A DNA stretch of 12,555 nt from Myxococcota bacterium (GTDB lineage Bacteria; Myxococcota; JACRCW01). Positions 7,921 through 12,555 of this stretch are shown here, piece after piece (position 1 is the stretch's first letter; every line of letters starts with the position of its first letter). Below the pieces are notes generated by a model. That model did not search any database. It saw only the letters and a list, made by a program, of their open reading frames with translations, and had not been told where the DNA came from. The stretch spans positions 1-12,555 of the forward strand of contig JBFMGU010000295.1 in assembly GCA_040752415.1 (NCBI GenBank). The letters are read 5' to 3'. A program made the translations under genes and the position numbers.

Positions 7921-8085
7921 TCCCCTGACTCCCCTGACAACTGGTTCGAACCTAATGACCGCTGGGCCGCACGACCACGCGGAGCTTCCCGCTGCCGCGG
8001 TGACGGTGACGACGCCTCGGGCGCACCGGCGGCGTCATCCGAGGCCCCTCCGTGCTGACGCGCGTCACTGCGGGAGCGCCAAGAG

Positions 8086-9309
8086 ATGACCGGGCTCAGC
8101 CACGGCCAGAACAGCAGCGACCGACAAATTCTGTATGTCGCGGCGTTCCTGCGCGCGCTCTCCACGGGGATGGTGGGCGTGCTCATCGGCATCTTCCTCG
8201 CTCGGCGTGGTTTCATCGCGCGCGACGTCGGGATGGTGGTGAGCGCGGGCCTCATGGGCGCCACGGTCGCCAGCGTTGTCGTCACGTTGCTCGGTGACCA
8301 ACTGGGACGCCGTCGGGTGCTGGTGCTGCTGGCTCTTCTCGGAGCGGCCGGCGGACTCGGCACCGCGATCCTCAGTGAGCTCCATGCGGTCGTCGTGGCC
8401 GCCTTCGTCGGGATGGTCAACGGCATGGGGCGTGACCGCGGGGCGTCCCTCATCCTGGATCAGGTCATCCTCCCCGCCACCGCTCCCGATGCCGAGAGGA
8501 CCACCGCGTTCGCCTGGTACAGCGTCGTCCAGGACGTCGGTCACGCGTTGGGTGGGTTGATCGCCGGCGGAACCGCGCTCCTCCGACACCTCAGCGGCCT
8601 CGATGACGTCGGCGCGGCGCGCGGGATGATGCTGGTGTATTGCGTGATTCTGCTCGCCACGGCTGGCATCTACAGCCGCCTGTCCGCCGCCACGGAGACC
8701 GAGGCAGTCGGGGTGAAGGCACCGGTCTCGCCCGAGACCAAGCGCGTTCTCTGGAGGATCGCCTCGCTCTTCGCGGTGGACAGCGTCGCGGGCGGCTTCC
8801 TCACCGCGGCGCTGCTGTCGTTCTACTTCTTCGAGCGTTTCGGCGTTTCCGAGGGCGTGGTGGGGGCGCTGTTCTTCGGTGCGCGGGTCGCCAATGCCGC
8901 CTCACACCTCGGTGCGGCGTGGCTCGCCAAACGCATTGGCCTCCTCAACACCATGGTGTTCACGCACATCCCATCAAGCCTGCTGCTGGTGACGGTCGCC
9001 TTGGCCCCGAGTTTCCCGGTCGCCGCATGCCTGTTCCTGCTGCGGGAGGGGCTCGTTGAGATGGATGTCCCCACACGGCAATCCTATGTGATGGGGCTGG
9101 TGCGCCCGGAGGAGAGGACGTTGGTCTCTGGCGTCACCCACCTGGTGCGGATTGGCGGCTGGGCGATGGCGCCGGTTTTCGCGGGATTCCTGATGCAGGG
9201 CACTTCCATTGCCACGCCGCTCTTCGTCGGTGCCGGGATGAAGATTGCCTATGACGTGTTGTTGTACGCGGCTTTCCGACGACAGCGGCCCCCGGAGGAG
9301 CGCGGCTAA
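8086..9309 (+). CDS. Major facilitator superfamily transporter
   Basis: 407 aa with about 12 hydrophobic segments. MFS motif A variants GDQLGRRRVL and AKRIGLLNTMV; MDVPTRQSYVM motif. Confidence 0.9.
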   Translation: MTGLSHGQNSSDRQILYVAAFLRALSTGMVGVLIGIFLARRGFIARDVGMVVSAGLMGATVASVVVTLLGDQLGRRRVLVLLALLGAAGGLGTAILSELHAVVVAAFVGMVNGMGRDRGASLILDQVILPATAPDAERTTAFAWYSVVQDVGHALGGLIAGGTALLRHLSGLDDVGAARGMMLVYCVILLATAGIYSRLSAATETEAVGVKAPVSPETKRVLWRIASLFAVDSVAGGFLTAALLSFYFFERFGVSEGVVGALFFGARVANAASHLGAAWLAKRIGLLNTMVFTHIPSSLLLVTVALAPSFPVAACLFLLREGLVEMDVPTRQSYVMGLVRPEERTLVSGVTHLVRIGGWAMAPVFAGFLMQGTSIATPLFVGAGMKIAYDVLLYAAFRRQRPPEERG

Positions 9310-9502
9310 CGCCACGTGCAGCCGGAACAAGCCAGGTGCCGGCGGGGCCCAGCAGCTGGGAGGGTCTTGCTTCCGGTGCCGCTCGCTCTTCACTGAGGTG
9401 AAGGATGAGGTCGCACCCGGCGATTTACGAACCATCTGCCCGTGCGCGTCCGGTAGCATCGCCCGGCTGTGCGAGCGGCCACCTGGACACACAAGGATTG
9501 CC

Positions 9503-11104
9503 ATGATGAGAACACAACATTGGAAGTCGGAGTCGGCACCCATCAGCGCCGGACTGATCGTGCTGATGGTCGCGAGCGCTGTGGTGGGTGGCTGCCCGAC
9601 CAACCGCGACGACGATGACGACAACGGCGGAACAACCACGTCGAGCAGCAGCGGCGGACCGCTCCCCGACGCAGGACGCGGTGAGCTGGGAGATGCCGGA
9701 ACCGGCGGGCGCATCCCGGGCTGCCTTGACGACGACGGGATCGACTTGTTCGCCGTCGAGGGAGACACCGTCCTCGCGCTGAGCTGGAACAACCACACCG
9801 GCCAACCCGCCACCGGCGGGTACCGCATCATCTTTGGTGCGCCGCCCTCCATCGACCCGGATGAAGTCGTCGTCCCCTGCACGACCGACGTCTGCGAACA
9901 CACGCTGACCGGCCTTCAGAACGACGTCACCTACACCGCTGGCGTTCAGGCGCTGGGGGCGGACGCGGGCGCGCTGGCGGAGAGCTGCTCGGTGAGCGCC
10001 ACGCCGCATGTGCTGCGGTTCGCCCCGGAGATTCGGCCAGCGGACGAGGGCAGTGATGCGCAGGCGAACCCATCCATCAGCGGCGGCCGGATCGGCGTTC
10101 CCCTCCTCCTCGCGTGGGCCGAGGGGGGCGCGGTGCGCTGGTCCATGTCCACGGATCTCGGCGACAGCTGGACCGCCGCGGCGGTGCTGGAGGGTGCCGA
10201 GGCCGGCGCGGCTCCGTCGGTGGCGATGCTGGACCGCTCGGACGAGGTGCGCCCGTCGTTCGTCTTCGTCGCGCTGCAGAGCGGCGGCAACATCAGGGTT
10301 GTGCGCGGGCGCGGAAACCCCGACGGCGGACCGACACCAACTTGGGACCCGCCCGTCGACCTTGGTCCCGGCACCCTGCCCTCCGTGGCCGTGCGGGACG
10401 ACGTGGTCGTGGTGGCATTCGAGAACGCCAATGGGATCCATGTCGCGCGGTCGGAGGATGACGGCGAGAGCTTCGGACAAGTCCAACGCGTTGATACCGG
10501 CAGTGACTCCCATGCCCCGTCGGTGGCGCTGGATGCGAATGGCACGGATGTCTACGTGGGCTTTCACGGCAAGCGTGGTCGCGGCGACGATGACATCTAC
10601 CTGGTGCATTCCGCCGACGGCGCGGAAACCTTCGGTGCCGAGGTTCGCGTCGATGATGACGCCGGCGGCAACAACCAGCGCCACGTCTCCCTCGCCGTGG
10701 ACGCACGCACCGACACCGTGCTCGCCACCTGGGAGGACCGTCGCAACGGCGCGGACGTCTACTTCGCCAACTCCCTCGATCTGGGCGAGAGCTTCGAAGC
10801 CAGCGTCAACGTGGGCGTGGGACTCAATGGCGACCAGACCTCGCCGCGCTCCGTGGCCGATCCCGGCCGGAACGTCTACGTGCTCTTCATCGACAGCAGC
10901 AACGGACAGCGCGCGGTCTTCTCACGCTTCAACGCGGAAGGAGGGTTTGACCCGCCCCTCACGACCAGCAGCCAGGCGGGCACGGGTGGCGCGGCGGCAC
11001 GGGAGCCGGCGGTGTTCGTCGACGCGTACGGGACGATCTACGCCACGTGGTCGGAGAACCGGGGCTCCCCCACACCGCGGCTGTTCTTTGCCCGCGCGGA
11101 CTGA
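9503..11104 (+). CDS. Lipoprotein with fibronectin type III domain and BNR/Asp-box (sialidase-like) beta-propeller
   Basis: AAGGA precedes ATG 9503. A hydrophobic stretch ends in VVGGC, followed by a low-complexity DDDDD/TTTSSSS/DAG linker. FN3 pattern LSWN..GYRI..LTGLQNDVTY..VSATP. Asp-boxes STDLGDSW, SEDDGESF, SADGAETF, SLDLGESF. Confidence 0.85.
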   Translation: MMRTQHWKSESAPISAGLIVLMVASAVVGGCPTNRDDDDDNGGTTTSSSSGGPLPDAGRGELGDAGTGGRIPGCLDDDGIDLFAVEGDTVLALSWNNHTGQPATGGYRIIFGAPPSIDPDEVVVPCTTDVCEHTLTGLQNDVTYTAGVQALGADAGALAESCSVSATPHVLRFAPEIRPADEGSDAQANPSISGGRIGVPLLLAWAEGGAVRWSMSTDLGDSWTAAAVLEGAEAGAAPSVAMLDRSDEVRPSFVFVALQSGGNIRVVRGRGNPDGGPTPTWDPPVDLGPGTLPSVAVRDDVVVVAFENANGIHVARSEDDGESFGQVQRVDTGSDSHAPSVALDANGTDVYVGFHGKRGRGDDDIYLVHSADGAETFGAEVRVDDDAGGNNQRHVSLAVDARTDTVLATWEDRRNGADVYFANSLDLGESFEASVNVGVGLNGDQTSPRSVADPGRNVYVLFIDSSNGQRAVFSRFNAEGGFDPPLTTSSQAGTGGAAAREPAVFVDAYGTIYATWSENRGSPTPRLFFARAD

Positions 11105-11245
11105 TGCGTTGCGTGATGTCATGAAGACGGAGACGAGGAGCCGGCCCCAAACCGTGCGGCACATCACACGGGAGTGCGGTCCAGGGGCCGCCAACGGCCG
11201 TCTGCGCTCCAACTCCGCGTCCCTACACGTCAATCCACCCCTCCG

Positions 11246-11341
11246 GAGACATCAAACCAGGGGTCCTGAGACATCAAACTGGGGGTCCCGAGACATCAAA
11301 CCGGGGGGCCTGAGACATCAAACCGAGGGTCCCGAGACATC
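11246..11341. repeat. 22-bp tandem repeat array, 4 full copies plus a partial fifth
   Basis: Units: GAGACATCAAACCAGGGGTCCT (11246), GAGACATCAAACTGGGGGTCCC (11268), GAGACATCAAACCGGGGGGCCT (11290), GAGACATCAAACCGAGGGTCCC (11312), GAGACATC (11334). Confidence 0.95.
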
Positions 11342-11445
11342 TGCCCCACGCTCTGACGATGTCGAACCCAGGCCCTTTGATGGATCAGGTGCCAAGGGGC
11401 GACGGGCGAGGAGGAGGCAGGAGTGATGTCGCGAGTTGCGAGGCG

Positions 11446-12270
11446 TCAGCCCGGGACCAGCGTCCGGGTACCGGCGGGCACATCAACGTCACCGGTGTCT
11501 TCCTCGGAGCTGGCCTTGCGACCACCCTTCACCGCGCGCAGACCCAGCTTCACGAGGTCGTGGTACTTCAGCCGCTTGCGGCAGGCCTCCGCCCAGTAGG
11601 CGTACCAGAGCTTCAGCTCCTCGAAGGCCTCCACCTGCTTCTGCGCCGCGGCGAGTTGGTCGTTCTCACTCACCTTGGGCTGCGCTGCCTGCGGCATGGT
11701 GCCTTGCGCGCTGGCCACCAGGTCCGCCATCTCCTTGCGCAGGTCCTTGGTGAGCCCGGTCTCCGCCAGCGCGTCCACGGCGCGCTTGGCGCCGGGCGCG
11801 TCGCTCTTTTCCAGGTCATTGAGGCGGCTGAGCAGCTTGGCCACCGAGCCCACCACCTCGGGCCCACGCTCCACCTGCCGCAGGTCGGTGTAGAAGCCCT
11901 CGTAAACCGCCTGCCGCTTGGACTTGTCGACGTAGCGGTTGATGGCCAAGCCGCACTGGTCGAACCACTTGTTCTCGAACTCGTCGAGACGGTCGATGGT
12001 CGACTTCATGGTGTTGTTGGCCTGCGACAGCGTCACTTCCGCCGTGGAGACGAAGTGATCCAACGGCCGCTCCACGCCCGATGCCGCCCACAACAAGCTC
12101 CAGCCCGTCTTCTGCTCCTTGTCATTGAGACCAAAGGTCACCACCTTCGCGCTGATCTTCCCGTCCTTGAGGTTGATCAGCGTGCGGGACACCTTGGCCA
12201 GGAACTCGCGGCCGTCGGCGTCGTGCGGAGACAGGAGATCCCTGATCTCGTCGTTGGTTTCGGTTGTCAT
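11446..12270 (-). CDS. Uncharacterised predicted alpha-helical protein (274 aa)
   Basis: Coding-like composition begins at ATG 12270 (MTTETNDEIRD); the upstream in-frame extension is Arg/Pro-rich noise. Motifs GWSLL, LDEFENKWF, GPEVVGSVAKLLSRL and LWYAYWAEACR..L..LGL. No signal peptide or TM segment. Confidence 0.8.
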   Translation of the reverse strand: MTTETNDEIRDLLSPHDADGREFLAKVSRTLINLKDGKISAKVVTFGLNDKEQKTGWSLLWAASGVERPLDHFVSTAEVTLSQANNTMKSTIDRLDEFENKWFDQCGLAINRYVDKSKRQAVYEGFYTDLRQVERGPEVVGSVAKLLSRLNDLEKSDAPGAKRAVDALAETGLTKDLRKEMADLVASAQGTMPQAAQPKVSENDQLAAAQKQVEAFEELKLWYAYWAEACRKRLKYHDLVKLGLRAVKGGRKASSEEDTGDVDVPAGTRTLVPG

Positions 12271-12555
12271 GGAACCCGCCCTTGAAGGACCCAGAGCATG
12301 ATTGCCTGGGGCGACGAGCGGTCTACGTCCGAGGCCACGCTGGATCAAGGTGGAGCCGAGCGGGGGAGCTCGCCGACGTGGGGCGACATCGCGACGCCGC
12401 GCAGGAACTGCGCGCTCAGGGAGTCGCGCGACTGCGCGCATGACGTCGCGCGGAGCGGCGGAGGAGGAGCGCCCCGCCGAGCAGCAGCAACCACGACGGA
12501 GGCTCTGCCACGGCGCAACCACAACCTCCCGCCGCGGGCGCGCCACCCGACCCAC

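Noticed and set aside
7943..7952. tRNA T-loop-like GGTTCGAACC
   Set aside because: I could not build a surrounding cloverleaf, acceptor stem or CCA end.
9245..9502. 86-aa N-terminal extension of the FN3/Asp-box protein
   Set aside because: Overlaps the MFS gene and would bury the signal peptide; an RBS precedes 9503.
11246..11341. CRISPR array
   Set aside because: Units are 22 bp and contiguous, the variable parts are near-identical 10-mers rather than unique spacers, and no cas gene is in the window.
11246..11341. Plasmid replication origin or G-quadruplex
   Set aside because: No adjacent AT-rich unwinding region, recognisable DnaA box or rep gene. The four G-runs are separated by loops of about 16-18 nt, too long for a typical G4.
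691..12285. Long overlapping antisense or alternate-frame ORFs (e.g. 2448-3425+, 3274-4242+, 3461-4414-, 4790-5986-, 6252-7226-, 9425-10684-, 10008-11426+, 11359-12285+)
   Set aside because: Shadow ORFs expected in high-GC DNA. They overlap well-supported genes and have no recognisable motifs.
12271..12555. N-terminal extension of the last ORF, or a repeat array upstream of it
   Set aside because: The translation is Arg/Pro-rich and non-coding-like. Short repeats (actgcgcgc x2, gcaaccac x2) and isolated gacatc/gacgtc show no consistent period.
1..12555. Transposon-borne chr cluster
   Set aside because: No transposase, integrase, terminal inverted repeats or target duplications seen in the window.

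Overview
GC-rich bacterial window. Protein styles (DAG-rich lipoprotein linkers, DUF6209-like domains) suggest Myxococcota, which is an inference. The left part holds a clear chromate-resistance operon on the minus strand: chrB (regulator), chrC (Fe/Mn-SOD family, Tat-type signal) and chrA (long-chain CHR exporter, coupled to chrC by an ATGA overlap). Next come a divergent large hypothetical protein (duplicated helical module plus two DUF6209-like domains) and a set of envelope genes typical of extended chr clusters: a DUF1080/ConA-like lipoprotein, a YncE/YVTN beta-propeller lipoprotein, a DUF1259 protein and an MFS permease. The right part has an FN3 plus Asp-box lipoprotein convergent with an uncharacterised alpha-helical protein. 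Two non-coding signals stand out. (i) A 22-bp-period array (GAGACATCAAACYRRGGKCCY-like, 4 full copies plus a partial, with degenerate in-phase GAYRTC-like cores on both sides) lies just downstream of the helical-protein gene. (ii) Two copies of a GATTCA-N2-TG(A/C)ATC inverted repeat sit in the chrB divergent promoter region. All family calls come from motif recognition by eye; no searches were run.
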